A DNA stretch of 64,000 nt from the human T2T-CHM13v2.0 reference genome, Homo sapiens, in the NCBI RefSeq assembly GCF_009914755.1, contig NC_060935.1, one strand, 5' to 3'. Under the pieces are notes generated by a model. That model worked only from the letters and a program-made list of their open reading frames with translations, searched no databases and was not told where the DNA came from. This document shows positions 1 to 14,373 of the stretch, one piece after another; the stretch's first letter is position 1; every line of letters begins with the position of its first letter. Made by a program: the position numbers and the translations under genes.

Positions 1-1466
1 TTAACTAAAGTTGGGAATATGAGTGCTTAAAAAATATACATGGATTTACCAGTAGCTTTAGAAGGTAAATATACATGACTACTGAAATAAACTACAATTA
101 TTTTCTAAAAAGTGAGACCAACTTTGGAGATAAAACAAATAAAAGAATGAACAGAAGGCGACTCTGGAAATAACGGTAGTAAAGTTATATAGGACATGTT
201 GAGATGATAACCATGAAGAGGAGAATCGAATCATTATCTGCAAGTTTCATGTGGATGGCTCTAAAAGAACAAACCCTGCATCCTAAACCCCCTTCAATTT
301 TATTATTTTGAATTATAATCAAGTCCAAGGAGACTTGGCCTATTATTAACAACTTTGTATGAAGTATTTTTTTCAACCAAATTCATATCATCTTGAATAA
401 GAACAAAGGATTATGGTTTGAGAATTATTATACTTGCTGGACTTTGAACCAACAGAGTTGATATATTTAATACTTCCACTTCTTAGATGAGGTGGTACTG
501 AGGAAGGGGTTTGTAACATCTAAGGGGGCCCATAAAAATAGTGTTTAGTTTTCAGTGAAATCTACAGGTGATGCTAAAATGGGAACATTTTTAAAGGGAT
601 CCTAGTGAGAACAAAAAGACAACAAAAAAGAACCTAAAGGCTATAGCTGCAGGCAGAAAATAGAATAAAATTTACCTTAAAATGTTGTCTAGTGCAATGC
701 CAAGCATAGATATACAGTGGATGAGCAAAATCTTGTAAGAAATTAGAATTGAGTTTAAAAAGTTATAAAAGAAAACAGACAAGAAATTAGATGAAACTAT
801 GGTATGTGATCTGGCAGTAAAACAGACAAAAGCTGTTTTAAGGTCTGGAGATAGAGAGGAGGGGAAGGAATGGCAGGATCTGCAGATGACTGAGGGAGGC
901 CTCACCTGTGACTAAACTCAGCTTCAGTAGCAGAAGAAAATAGTACAGACAGGGTGAACCAGTTGACAAAAGAGATACAGAGGTTGGAACATAGAGCTGA
1001 AGAGAAAGAAATAACAGATGACAGGTTTAGAAACCACATAAAGAATGTGAGATGTAATATGTAGCAGAAGGTGAGATGTAACAGAAATACTGTAAAGAGA
1101 AACAGTCTGTCCAGAAACTCTTCCTAGGGGATAAGGCTAGGGGATATTTCCCCAGAGAAACCATGAAAACACAATTATTCTGGATTTCAAGTGAAATTAG
1201 GCAAGCTCCTGGAAGCTCTGTTATAAAGAGCTCTGCTTAGAGGCCTTGTTGAAAGAACTGAAGGATCTTGTAGGAACAAGACAAATTAGAGATTTACGGT
1301 AATTGTTGTTATTTTTTTTTAATTGACATAACATTACACAATATTTGGAAGACAGGAAGAAATCAATAATAAGCCAAAACCCTAATCCAGTGAATAAATA
1401 CAATTCATATCTTTTAAATTTTTAATCACTTTCCTTATTCAGACCTACTTTAAAGTAGCTAAAATT

Positions 1467-1772
1467 GGCTGGGCACGGTGGCTCATGCCTGTAATCCCAG
1501 CTCTTTGGGAGGCCGAGGTGGGTGGATCACTTGAGGCCAGGAGTTCAAGACCAGCCTGGCCAACCTGGCGAAACCCCATCTCTACTAAAAATACAAAAAT
1601 TAGCTGGCCATAGTAGCATATGCCTGTAGTCCCAGCTACTCGGGTGGCTGAGGCATGAGAATCACTTGAACTCAGGAGGCAGAGGTTGCAATAAGTTGAG
1701 ATCGCAGCACCACACTCCAGCCTGGATGACAGAGGAAGACCCTGTCTCAAAAAAACAAAACATAAATAAATG
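1467..1772 (+). mobile_element. AluS
   Basis: Full dimer, TSD aagtagctaaaatt. Confidence 0.95.
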
Positions 1773-2647
1773 AAGTAGCTAAAATTATCATGTACACACA
1801 ATTTTGTTTCCTTTTTTGTTTGTTTGTTTCTTCTTTTATTCTCAGTACCTTCCTCAGGATCCTCCTTAAATATAACATATGAATCATGTTTTTATAATTT
1901 AAATTTCTAACATGCTATAAAGAGTATGTATGTGTGCAGTAACCTTTTCCCAGTGCTCGGCGCATTGATTTTCCATCCTGTATTTCCCTGTTTCTACTGG
2001 CCTGGAGTAACCAGCCTTATAAAAAAAGATATTCCTTCATACTTAAAGCTGCAAGGGGTAAGCAGATGTGAATTAATCATCTTATATCAGCCGGTAAGAA
2101 GCTGATGTGTTAGGGATGGCACCTGCGAGTTTACCATAGCATGCCAGGCCTTCAGGAATGAGTTTTGAAGTTTGAGGGCTTCAAAGGGGAGTTTGAAACA
2201 TTTTAAAACCCTGACAGGGTTTTACCTGAATTATATGCAAAGATCCAATGGGGGGAAGAGTTTACTTCAGAGAAGCAGCAACTGAAAACCAGGTCCTTTG
2301 CGTAGCCTTCCTGGAAAGAACCGTCTTTCTTCCTTAGCAGCAGCCCCCAGGGTAGGACCAGTGCTCTATTTCACGGCTATTTTAAGAAAGTTCTTTATGG
2401 ATTTGGGTAACAGAAAAGCACTTGGTGAAGTGATCAAGGAAAGAAACTAACTCTGCTACTGAGGATTACTTAGGCAGAAAAAAAATCTTGTTATGAAACA
2501 CCAATGTTTAAGTCCTTAGAGTGAACTGATAAGCTGATTTGGGGCTTTTTTGCTGTTGCAGAAATTATAAATCCTATCCACTACAATGGCAGCTCAGTTC
2601 TCACAGATGGGTTCACCTATCCTTAGACAGTAACTTAAGATTGATAG

Positions 2648-3093
<446 letters not shown>

Positions 3094-3326
3094 ACATCTC
3101 TATTTTCTATAGCATTTACAATTATTTCTTTGTAGCCAACAGAAAAGTTGCACTCAATGAACCTATCAATTCATGATGCATATCCGTGGGGAGAAGCTCA
3201 TTCCGAATACATCATATGTTAAATTTATCCTTGGATTCAGGATCATATTGTTCACTTACTTTTTCCTGTAGTCAGCATGTTGTAATTTTGAACAATAGAA
3301 TAATAGATAACAACAGCCTACTAGAG

Positions 3327-3406
3327 AATTAGAAATACTGTAGTTCTAAGAACTGTAGTAATTAGAAATACTGTAGTTCTAAGAACTGTAGTTCTTAGAA
3401 ATACTG
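3327..3406. repeat. 33-bp tandem duplication containing a hairpin palindrome
   Basis: aattagaaatactgtagttctaagaactgtagt x2 plus a partial copy; ttctaagaact-gt-agttcttagaa at 3377-3400. Confidence 0.9.
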
Positions 3407-3628
3407 CATTCAACTTTTGTAAAGAAACTTTTTTGTATCACTATATAAGAAAGAAGCTGGTGTGTAAGGCAACTTCTGTGCAAATATGTTGTCTAAACTG
3501 CTTTGGGGTTCTGTAACATAGACTAGCTGACTTGCCTCACTGATTTCTCTTATCAAGTTAGCATTGCCAAATTCTATAGCTGATAGGCAATGGGAAGAAA
3601 ACATTTCAGGGCTTTAGGCTTCCTCTGA

Positions 3629-4015
<387 letters not shown>

Positions 4016-4195
4016 ACAGAAATATATCTTTAGAGCCTGGTGACTTTGTGCAAAACAAAACTGCAGTTAGCCAACCTGTTAGTGGAAAATATGCCCCAAA
4101 AGTCTTCTCCTCCCAGCTTGCCCCTTTCCAACTCAGAATATATTTTTTCCTTCTGTTTATAGAAGCAACACAAGGTTACTTTAAATCATAATTTT

Positions 4196-4500
4196 GGCCA
4201 GGCATGGTGGCTCACTCCTGTAATCCCAGCACTTTGGGAGGCTGAGGTGGGCAGATCACCTGAGGTCAGGAGTTTGAGACCAGTCTAGCCAACATGGTGA
4301 AACCCCGTCTCTACTAAAAATACAAAAAAATTAGCCGGGCATGGTGGTGGGCACCTGTAGTCCCAGCTACTTAAGAAGCTGAGGCAGCAGAATCTCTTGA
4401 ACCTGAGAGGTGGAAGTTGCAGTGAGCCAAGATACAAGATTGTGCCACTGCGCTCCAGCCTGGGCGACAGAGTGAGACTCTATCTCAAAAAAAAAAAAAA
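4196..4500 (+). mobile_element. AluS
   Basis: Alu dimer, TSD aaatcataattt. Confidence 0.93.
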
Positions 4501-4589
4501 ATCATAATTTCATAATTTTTCCCAAGATGTTTTGGATCTTTGGTCTTATATATTCTGTGGAGGCCAATTCATATGCTGTGTTTGAATCA

Positions 4590-5025
<436 letters not shown>

Positions 5026-5374
5026 CCTATCAGAAGACAAGTTCAATTCCAATTCTAACAGAAGATAATCCACTCTAATGAGCTGGCCTGGTTTTAGAAA
5101 GAAAAAAAGGAGACAGGAGAATGGCCTAGGAAGACTCAACTGCCATCATCCAGTTAAACAGTGCAGGTCAAGATTCACTGGCCGTTTTCAGTTTGAGTGA
5201 GAACAAGGAGCACCTGGAGGACATAGAGTGCTGTTGGAGTTTTGAAGTTTTGCCTCTTTGCACATTAAGAATGAGCTGGAATATTTTAATTTGGTCCTCT
5301 TGCCCATGTCTTTATTACTTCTATATGTGGAATGTGAATAGCTATTTATATATAGATCCAGTATGGTTACAGTT

Positions 5375-5908
5375 ATTTATTTATTTACTTATTTATTTTT
5401 AACTTTTAAGTTCAGGGGTACTTGTGCAGGTTTGTTACATAGGTAAACTTGTGTTGTGGGGGTTTGTGGTACAGATTATTTCATCACTCAGGTATTAAGC
5501 CTAGTACCCATTAGTTGTTTTCCCTGATCTTTTCCCTCTTCCCATCCTCCACCCTCCAATAGGCCCCAGTGTGTGTTGTTCCCCTCTATGCATCCGTGTG
5601 TTCTCATCATTTAGCTCCCACTTATAAGTGAGAACATGCAGAATTTGGCTTTCTCTTCCTGCATTAGTTTGCTAAGGATAATGGCCTCCAGCTACATGAA
5701 TGTTCCTGCAGAGGACATGATCTCATTCTTTTCTATGGCTGCAGACTATTCCATAGTGTGTATGTACCACATTTTCTTCATCCCGTCTATCACTGATGGG
5801 ACAGTGTGAGGAATCCTCAAAGATCTAAAGTCAGAAATACCATTCGACCCAGCAATCCCATTACTGAGTATATACCCAAAGGAATATAAATCATTCTATT
5901 ATAAAGAT
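5375..5908 (-). mobile_element. L1PA (PA10-13-like) 3' fragment with 5' inversion
   Basis: Minus-strand L1 3'UTR 5400-5800, then plus-strand ORF2-end sequence 5801-5908; degenerate TSD gtatggttacagtt / gtgtggttacattt. Confidence 0.85.
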
Positions 5909-6280
5909 GTGTGGTTACATTTATATTTAATTCTTTCTTGGTAGTCCCTGAGCTATTGCCCACTTCACCAGAATAATTTAAATCAATTCTTGCTTTTTGC
6001 TAGTTAATAGCCAAAATTAAGATGTTTATGTGGAATTGACATCATACATAAATTCTTAGAATTTGTATCTAGTTTTTCAGGAGAAAATAGATACCACTTA
6101 ATAGAATTCTGTATGACTTTTTCTGTGCAAACAGCGTTTGTTACTAGAAGAGAACATGAAATTGTATCAAGAACTCCCATTAGCTTAACATGTTTACAAA
6201 TGTCTGATTATAAAATTATTAATTTTTAACACAGCTCCTGCTGTGTTTTCTTAATATATTACTGGAGAAAACTGCCCTAG

Positions 6281-6609
6281 AGCTGGGCATGGTGGCTCAC
6301 GTCTGTAATCCCAATGCTTTGAGATGCTGAGGTGGGAGGATTGCTTTAGCTCAGGAGTTTGAGACCAGCCTGGGCAACATAACGAGACTCTGTCTTTACA
6401 AAAAATAAAATAAACAAAATTAGCCAGGCATGGTAGCGCATGTCTGAGTCCCAGCTACTTGGGAGGCTGAGGCAGGGGGATCGCTTCAGCCCAGGAGTTT
6501 GAGGCTACAGTGAGCTATGATCGTGCCACTGCACTCCAGCCTGAGCAACAGAGAAAAACCCCATCTCTTTTTTTTTTTTTTTTTTTAAAAGAGATCTCTT
6601 AAAAAAAAA
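6281..6609 (+). mobile_element. AluJ with rearranged (T-rich) tail
   Basis: Alu dimer; flanks aaaactgccct / aaattgccct. Confidence 0.9.
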
Positions 6610-6628
6610 TTGCCCTGAAGTTAAATAT

Positions 6629-7058
6629 TGTATTAGGGTTCTCTAGAGGGATGGAACTAATGGAATAGATTTATATATATAAAGGGGAGTTTACTAAGTA
6701 TTAACTCACACAATCACAAGGTCCCACAATAGGCCATCTGCAAGCTGAGGAGCAAGGATAGCCAGTAAACTGAAGAACTTGGAGTCCAATGTTTTAGGGC
6801 AGGAAGCATCCAGCATGGGAGAAAGATGTAGCCTGGAAGGGTAGGCCAGTCTCTCTTTTCACATTTTTCTGCCTGCATTTTATTCTAGCTGGCTAGACTG
6901 GCAGCTAATTAGATTGTGCTCACTCAGATTAAGGGTAGGTCTGCCTTTCCCAGCCCACCGACTCAAAGTTAATCTCCTTTGGCAACACCCTCACCGACAC
7001 ACCCAGGATCAATACTTTGTATCCTTCAATCAGTTTGACACTCAATATTAACATGACA
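6629..7058 (-). mobile_element. MLT2A solo LTR (HERV-L)
   Basis: TG...CA ends, tgtattagggttctctagaggg start, 5-bp TSD AATAT on both sides. Confidence 0.88.
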
Positions 7059-8848
7059 AATATTAAGCTAATAAAATAGGAAAACTATGGAATTTATTTT
7101 ATTGTCAAAACTAAATTAAGAGAGATTTGTACTCAGCCCATTTCATTTTTTTTACTTTAGAATTTTTTAATTTCCAGTGAAACCAAATTTTACTACTGTT
7201 GTGAACACAGCCTTCACATTTGATGCAAATGGGAGGGCTTAATTATAATCACTTAGTGACAGTATTGTAGACAAAGCCAATAGTGTATGGCACATAGATG
7301 ATTATATCTTCTGGAGAGAGTTGACTTTACAATTAATACAAACATATTTGACTAAAGAAAATGGAAGCATCTTCAGACCATTTCATCTTAATTATATCTT
7401 GTAAGGTTAAAAATATATAACTCACAAATAAATTTTAATTTAAAAAATTTTTTTAACTTTCATGTCACAGCCAAGTCCAAAAAATTTTAATTTTGATGTT
7501 TCTGGTTCTCTTGTGGCTAGATAATCCATAGAGATTTCCTGAACTTCTTATTCATGATAGCTTAAAAAGAAACATTCAGATCCCTGTGAATTGGACAAAA
7601 GGATATCTATTTTATGCTACTTTTTGTAGCATAAGGAAGAAGAGGAAATAAAAACACAATGGGCCCTTGAACAACATGAGGGTTACAGGTGCCGACCTCT
7701 CCTCTTCACTTAGTCTAAAATCCACATATAATTTTGGACTCACCAAGAACTTAACTACTGATAGTCTACTATTGACCTTACCAATAGCATTAAAACAGTT
7801 GATTAACACATACCTTGTATATGTATTTTATACTGTATTCCTACAACAAAGTAAGCTAGAGAAAAGAAAATGTTATTAAGAAAATCAAAAGGAAAATATA
7901 TTTACTATTCATTAAGTTAAAGTGGATCATGATAAAGACCTCCATCTTTTTCTTCTTGATGTTAAGTGGCTGAGGAAGAGAAAGAGGAGGAGGAGTTGGT
8001 CTTGCTGTCTTAAGCGTGGCAGGGAAGAAGAGGTGGAGATTGTAGAAGGGGAGGCAGGCACACTCGGTGTAGCTTTATGAAAACACATGGTGATTTCTGA
8101 TTTTTTTTGCCTTTTCATGTCTTTAAAAATGTTTCTATATGGTACCAATTTTTCTTCCATTTGCTTTAGTTTCAGTGCCTGTATCACTGAAGAGTTCATG
8201 TCATAAAAGAAGTCAAAAGCAGTCTTGAATAGTTGGAACTCTTCTGCCAGATGGTCTAATGTCAGTTTGTTTTCTGGCCCTGCTTCTGTGTCTTCTTCCC
8301 CTTCTATTCCTTCTTTTCTGGCACTGGTTCAGAAGCACTCACCTTCATCAAGTTGTCTTCTGTTAATTCCTCTGGTGTGATGTCTGTTAGCTCTTGAATT
8401 TCTCCAAGATCCATATCTTGGGACCCTTCCCCCACCTTCTTTGCCATATCCACAATCTCTTTCATGATCTCCTTGATTGGCTCTGTCGTAAATCCTGTGA
8501 AGTCATGCACAACATCTGGATGCAGTTTTCTCCAGCAGGAATCTATTGTTTGGGGCTCAATGGCTTTTTCCATAACAACAGTGGCATCTTCAATGGTGTA
8601 ATCCTCCCAGACTTTCTTGATGTTCTATCAGGATTCTCTTCCATAGCGTTGACAGTCCTTTCCAACAGAGTACTATGTGTAATGGGCCTTAAAGGTCCTT
8701 ATAACCCCCTGACTTAGGGGCTGAATTAGAAACATTGTGTTTGGGGGCAAGTATTACAGACCATTTTGATACCTTTGGTGTTGAACTCATGGGTTCTGGG
8801 TGGCCAGGGACATTGTCCAATTCAAAAGAACTTTAAAAGGCAGTCCAT

Positions 8849-9006
8849 GTTGGTGTGCTGCACCCATTAATTCATCATTTACGTTAGGTATATCTCCTAA
8901 CATGGCACATGTATAGATATGTAACAAACCTGCACGTTGTGCGCATGTACCCTAGAACTTAAAGTATAATAAAAATATATATATATAAAAATAAAAAAAT
9001 AAAAAT
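8849..9006 (+). mobile_element. Tiny 5'-inverted (twin-primed) L1PA 3' end
   Basis: TSD AAAAGGCAGTCCAT at 8835-8848 and 9007-9020; 8849-8900 inverted, 8901 onward sense L1PA 3' end plus A-tail. Confidence 0.9.
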
Positions 9007-9375
9007 AAAAGGCAGTCCATTACCAGCAAGGTACATCCTGACTTCAGGAAGAATGTTGATGAAACCCAGTCCAGAAAAAATGGTTCTCATTATCCAGGGC
9101 TTCTTGTACAACACCCAAAACTGGCAACTGGTATTTATCTTTTCCCTTCAAAGCTCAGGGGTTACCAGCTTTATAGATAAGGGCAGTCCTAATCATAAAC
9201 CTGACTGTGTTTGCACAAAATAGTAGAGTTAGCCCATCCCTTCCTGCCCTAAATCCTGGTGCTTGCATCTCTTCCTTACTAATAAGTGTCCTTTGTGGCA
9301 TTTTTCCCCTTAGCATCTGCATTAAAAAACTGCTCAGGAAGATATCCTTTTTCCTCAATGATTTTTAAAAGCTTC

Positions 9376-9676
<301 letters not shown>

Positions 9677-10904
9677 TAATTTTCTTAATGGCATCTGGAA
9701 ACTTGTTTGCTGCCTCTTGGTTGGCAGATGCTACTTCCCCTGATATCCTGATATTTTTTAAGCCAAAACTTTTTCTAAAATTATCAAACCATCCTTTACT
9801 GGCATTAAATTCTCCAGCTTTAGACCCTTCACCTTTCTTCTGCTTTAAGTTGTCATATAATGACTTCACTTTTTCTCAGATCATATTAGGGTCATATGCC
9901 TTTCTTATAGAAATCCTGCACTCCTATAAAAGCTGTGTTTTCAAGACAAGTTAAAAAAGTATTTCACCAAAAGTGCAATGTTTTTATGCCTGCTGATGTA
10001 GCTGCAGCAACTGCTTCATGAATTTCCTTTGTTTATAATTGTCCTTACCTTAGATTCATTTATCTTGAAATGAAGGCCAAACCACAGCTGCAGATCTCAA
10101 TCTATGATGTATGTCAAGCAATTCAACTTTATCTTGTAACGTCATGAATTTTCTCTGTTTCTTGGGAGCACTTCCGGCATCACTAGTGACACTTCGTATG
10201 GGTCCGATAGTGTTATTTGAGGTTTATGGTTTTGTACTGAACACGATGAAAAATACATGAGAACCATGAGAGATCACTTTTTACTGTGATACACAATTTA
10301 CTGGAGAAATGAACTGCCCATGCAGAGATGATTAGCATCACATGGTGTTTTAAGCAGATACTTGCAACACTTGTGCTCACTGCAATAGCAACAGGAGTTG
10401 GCTATGAATGAAATTATTATAGTAGTACAGTATGAGCTACAGTTAATTTTATACAGTTATGATTTAATACTGTATGTTTGCTTACATTTCTCTCCACTAT
10501 GAATGGCACCATGTATGGTCTGTGTGTGTGTCAGTTTTGCTAAATGTTAACTTTTTATAACAGATTTGTGTATATTTTAATGTAGTAAATGATAAAATGG
10601 ACTAGTGTCTACATATTTTATGCATTCAGGACATACTTTTAAAAATTTTTCCAATATGTGTAGGATGCACAGTTGGTCTGTGAGTTTTTTTTAAATTGCT
10701 GAAATCCCTCCAAAATTTCTAATATATTTATTGAAAAAAAATCCATGTATAAGTAGACCCACACAGTTCAAATCCATGCTGTTCAAAGGTCAACTGTATA
10801 TACATGTATCTGCTCATCTGAGAAAAAAATATGCACACAGGAAGAATAAACCAGAGATGAATGAGATTCATTATCTCTAAGATGTTAGTGAAATGGAGTG
10901 AAAA

Positions 10905-10905
10905 G

Positions 10906-10938
<33 letters not shown>

Positions 10939-11163
10939 AATATATAAATTATATATATTATATTATATATTATATATTATATATAATGTATATTATAATA
11001 TACAATATAATATATAATATATTATATATAATGCATATTATAATATATAAATATATATTTATATTATATATTATATATTATATTAATATATAATATATAT
11101 AATATATTATATTTATATATTATATATTATATAATATATATATTATATATTATATTTATATAT
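10905..11163. repeat. Imperfect (TA)n / AT-rich low-complexity tract
   Basis: About 260 bp almost purely A/T. Confidence 0.95.
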
Positions 11164-11524
11164 TCAACAAGATTGGGGGAGACTCTAAAATTGAAAACAA
11201 ACAAGTGAAGCAAATTGTATTTCAAATGAATAATATACCGTACTGCAGGGGGTTGGAGAAACTAATCTAAGGAACATAATATTTGGACTATATACCCTCA
11301 GGCTAAAACAACTCTAAACAAGTATTAAACTCTAATTAGTAGGCTTCTTTTTCACAGAGGAATGGGTTAGCTAGCTCAGTACATTTTAGGATTAAGCAAA
11401 TAAGTAAATATGTTATAGATAATAGGAGCCTTTTTCTCACTTTAGAAAAAGGACATTTCAGATATGGAAAGGGAAGATGATAGAATGTAACCTGTAGTGT
11501 TGAACTGGAATTGAATCAGTGTGA

Positions 11525-11861
<337 letters not shown>

Positions 11862-12254
11862 TAAAAACAACTGGGCTTCTTGGATAAATGGCTGGCTCCA
11901 GGGTGAAGTAGGGAAAGAACAAGATGATCCTGGAACATCTTATTCTATCAAAAAAGGAAGGAAGTGATCAGAGAATTATGTAGATGTGTCAAAAGGACAT
12001 AGAAGTCAGCTTGAAGGGCTTCCATGGCAAAATATGGGATCATTTGAACATAAAAATATATAATGATAGTAAAGGATTATAACCTATTGAATAAAGAATC
12101 CATGAGTCCACAATGATATAAATAAATAAGAAGGGAAAGCTCTTCCTTATTGTAGAAGGTCGACTTAAAAACGTAGATGAAACGACGTAGTTGGAAAAAG
12201 ATCACCATTTGGCAAAACCTTCATATTCATTGTTGGTTCTGGCAACAATTATTA

Positions 12255-14373
12255 TTATTATTATTATTTTTTTTTAATTGATCATTCTTGGGTGTTTCTC
12301 GCAGAGGGGGATTTGGCAGGGTCACAGGACAATAGTGGAGGGAAGGTCAGCAGATAAACAAGTGAACAAAGGTCTCTGGTTTTCCTAGGCAGAGGACCCT
12401 GCGGCCTTCTGCAGTGTTTGTGTCCCTGGGTACTTGAGATTAGGGAGTGGTGATGACTCTTAAGGAGCATGCTGCCTTCAAGCATCTGTTTAACAAAGCA
12501 CATCTTGCACCGCCCTTAATCCATTCAACCCTGAGTGGATACAGCACATGTTTCAGAGAGCACAGGGTTGGGGGTAAGGTCACAGATCAACAGGATCCCA
12601 AGGCAGAAGAATTTTTCTTAGTGCAGAACAAAATGAAAAGTCTCCCACGTCTACCTCTTTCTACACAGACACGGCAACCATCCGATTTCTCAATCTTTTC
12701 CCCACCCTTCCCCCCTTTCTATTCCACAAAACCGCCATTGTCATCATGGCCCCTTCTCAATGAGCTGTTGGGTACACCTCCCAGATGGGGTGGTGGCCGG
12801 GCAGAGGGGCTCCTCACTTCCCAGTAGGGGCGGCCGGGCAGAGGGCTGACCCCCCCCACCTCCCTCCTGGACGGGGCGGCTGGCCGGGCAGAGGGGCTCC
12901 TCACTTCCCAGTAGGGGCGGCCGGGCAGAGGCGCCCCTCACCTCCCGGATGGGGCGGCTGGCCGGGCGGGGGGCTGACCCCCCCACCTCCCTCCCGGATG
13001 GGGCGGCTGGCCGGGCGGGGGGCGGACCCCCCCACCTCCCTCCCAGACGGGGCGGCTGGCCGGGCAGAGGGACTCCTCACTTCCCAGTAGGGGCGGCCGG
13101 CCAGAGGCGCCCCTCACTTCCCGGATGGGGCGGCTGGCCGGGCGGGGGGCTGACCCCCCCACCTCCCTCCCGGACGGGGCGGCTGGCCGGGCGGGGGGCT
13201 GACCCCCCACCTCCCTCCTGGACGGAGTGGCTGGCCGGACAGAGGGGCTCCTCACTTCCCAGTAGGGGCGGCCGGGCAGAGGCGCCCCTCACCTCCCGGA
13301 TGGGGCGGCTGGCCGGGCGGGGGGCTGACCCCCCCACCTCCCTCCCGGACGGGGCGGCCGGCCAGGCAGAGGGGCTCCTCACTTCCCAGTAGGGGCGGCC
13401 GGGCAGAGGCGCCCCTCACCTCCCGGACGGGGCGGCTGGCCGGGCGGGGGGCTGATCCCCCCACCTCCCTCCCGGACTGGGAGGCTGGCCGGGCGGGGGT
13501 CTGACCCCCCCACCTCTCTCCCGGACGGGGTGGCTGGCCGGGCGGGGGGCTGACCCCCCCACCTCCCTGCCGGACGAGGTGGCTCCCGGGCAGAGACGCT
13601 CCTCACTTCCCAGACGGGGTGGCTGCTGGGCGGAGGGGCTCCTCACTTCTCAGATGGGGCGGTTGCCGGGCGGAGGGGCTCCTCACTTCTCAGACGGGGC
13701 GGTTGCCAGGCAGAGGGTCTCCTCACTTCTCAGACGGGGCGGCTGGGCAGAGACGCTCCTCACATCCCGGACGGGGCGGCAGGGCAGAGGTGCTCCCCAC
13801 ATCTCAGAGGATGGGCCGCCGGGCAGAGACGCTCCTCACTTCCCAGATGGGATGGCGGCCGGGAAGAGGCGCTCCTCACTTCCTAGATGGGATGGCGGCC
13901 GGGCAGAGACGCTCCTCACTTTCCAGACTGGGCAGCCAGGCAGAGACGCTCCTCACTTCCCAGACGGGGTGGCGGCCGGGCAGAGGCTGCAATCTCGGCA
14001 CTTTGGGAGGCCAAGGCAGGCTGCTGGGAGGTGAAGGTTGTAGCGAGCCGAGGTCACGCCACTGCACTCCAGCCTGGGCACCATTGAGCACGGAGTGAAT
14101 GAGACTCCGTCTGCAATCCCGGCACCTCAGGATGCCGAGGCTGGCGGATCACTCGCGGTTAGGAGCTGGAGACCAGCCCAGCCAACACAGCGAAACCCCG
14201 TCTCCACCAAAAAAATACGAAAACCAGTCAGGCGTGGCGGCGCGCGCCCAGGCAGTTGGCAGGCTGAGGCAGGAGAATCAGGCAGCAGTACCGTCCAGCT
14301 TCAGCTCCGCATCAGAGGGAGACCGTGGAGAGAGGGAGAGGGAGACCGTGGGGAGAGGGAGAGGGAGAGGGAG
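12255..14373 (-). mobile_element. SVA retrotransposon (SVA_D-like), antisense to host gene
   Basis: A/(TAA)n tail at ~12255-12275, SINE-R ~12276-12780, GC-rich VNTR ~12780-13990, Alu-like region ~13990-14315, short (CCCTCT)n hexamer ~14316-14373. Confidence 0.96.
12780..13990. repeat. SVA VNTR (~35-50 bp GC-rich units)
   Basis: Repeated units such as ctcctcacttcccagtaggggcggccgggcagagg and ctgacccccccacctccctcccggacggggcggctggccgggcgggggg. Confidence 0.95.

Noticed and set aside
3327-3406. CRISPR-like palindromic repeat
   Set aside because: No spacers, only two units, and a mammalian context.
5193-5402. ORF after an acceptor-like ttttcag as a further CSTPP1 exon
   Set aside because: No match to the recalled protein and no convincing donor.
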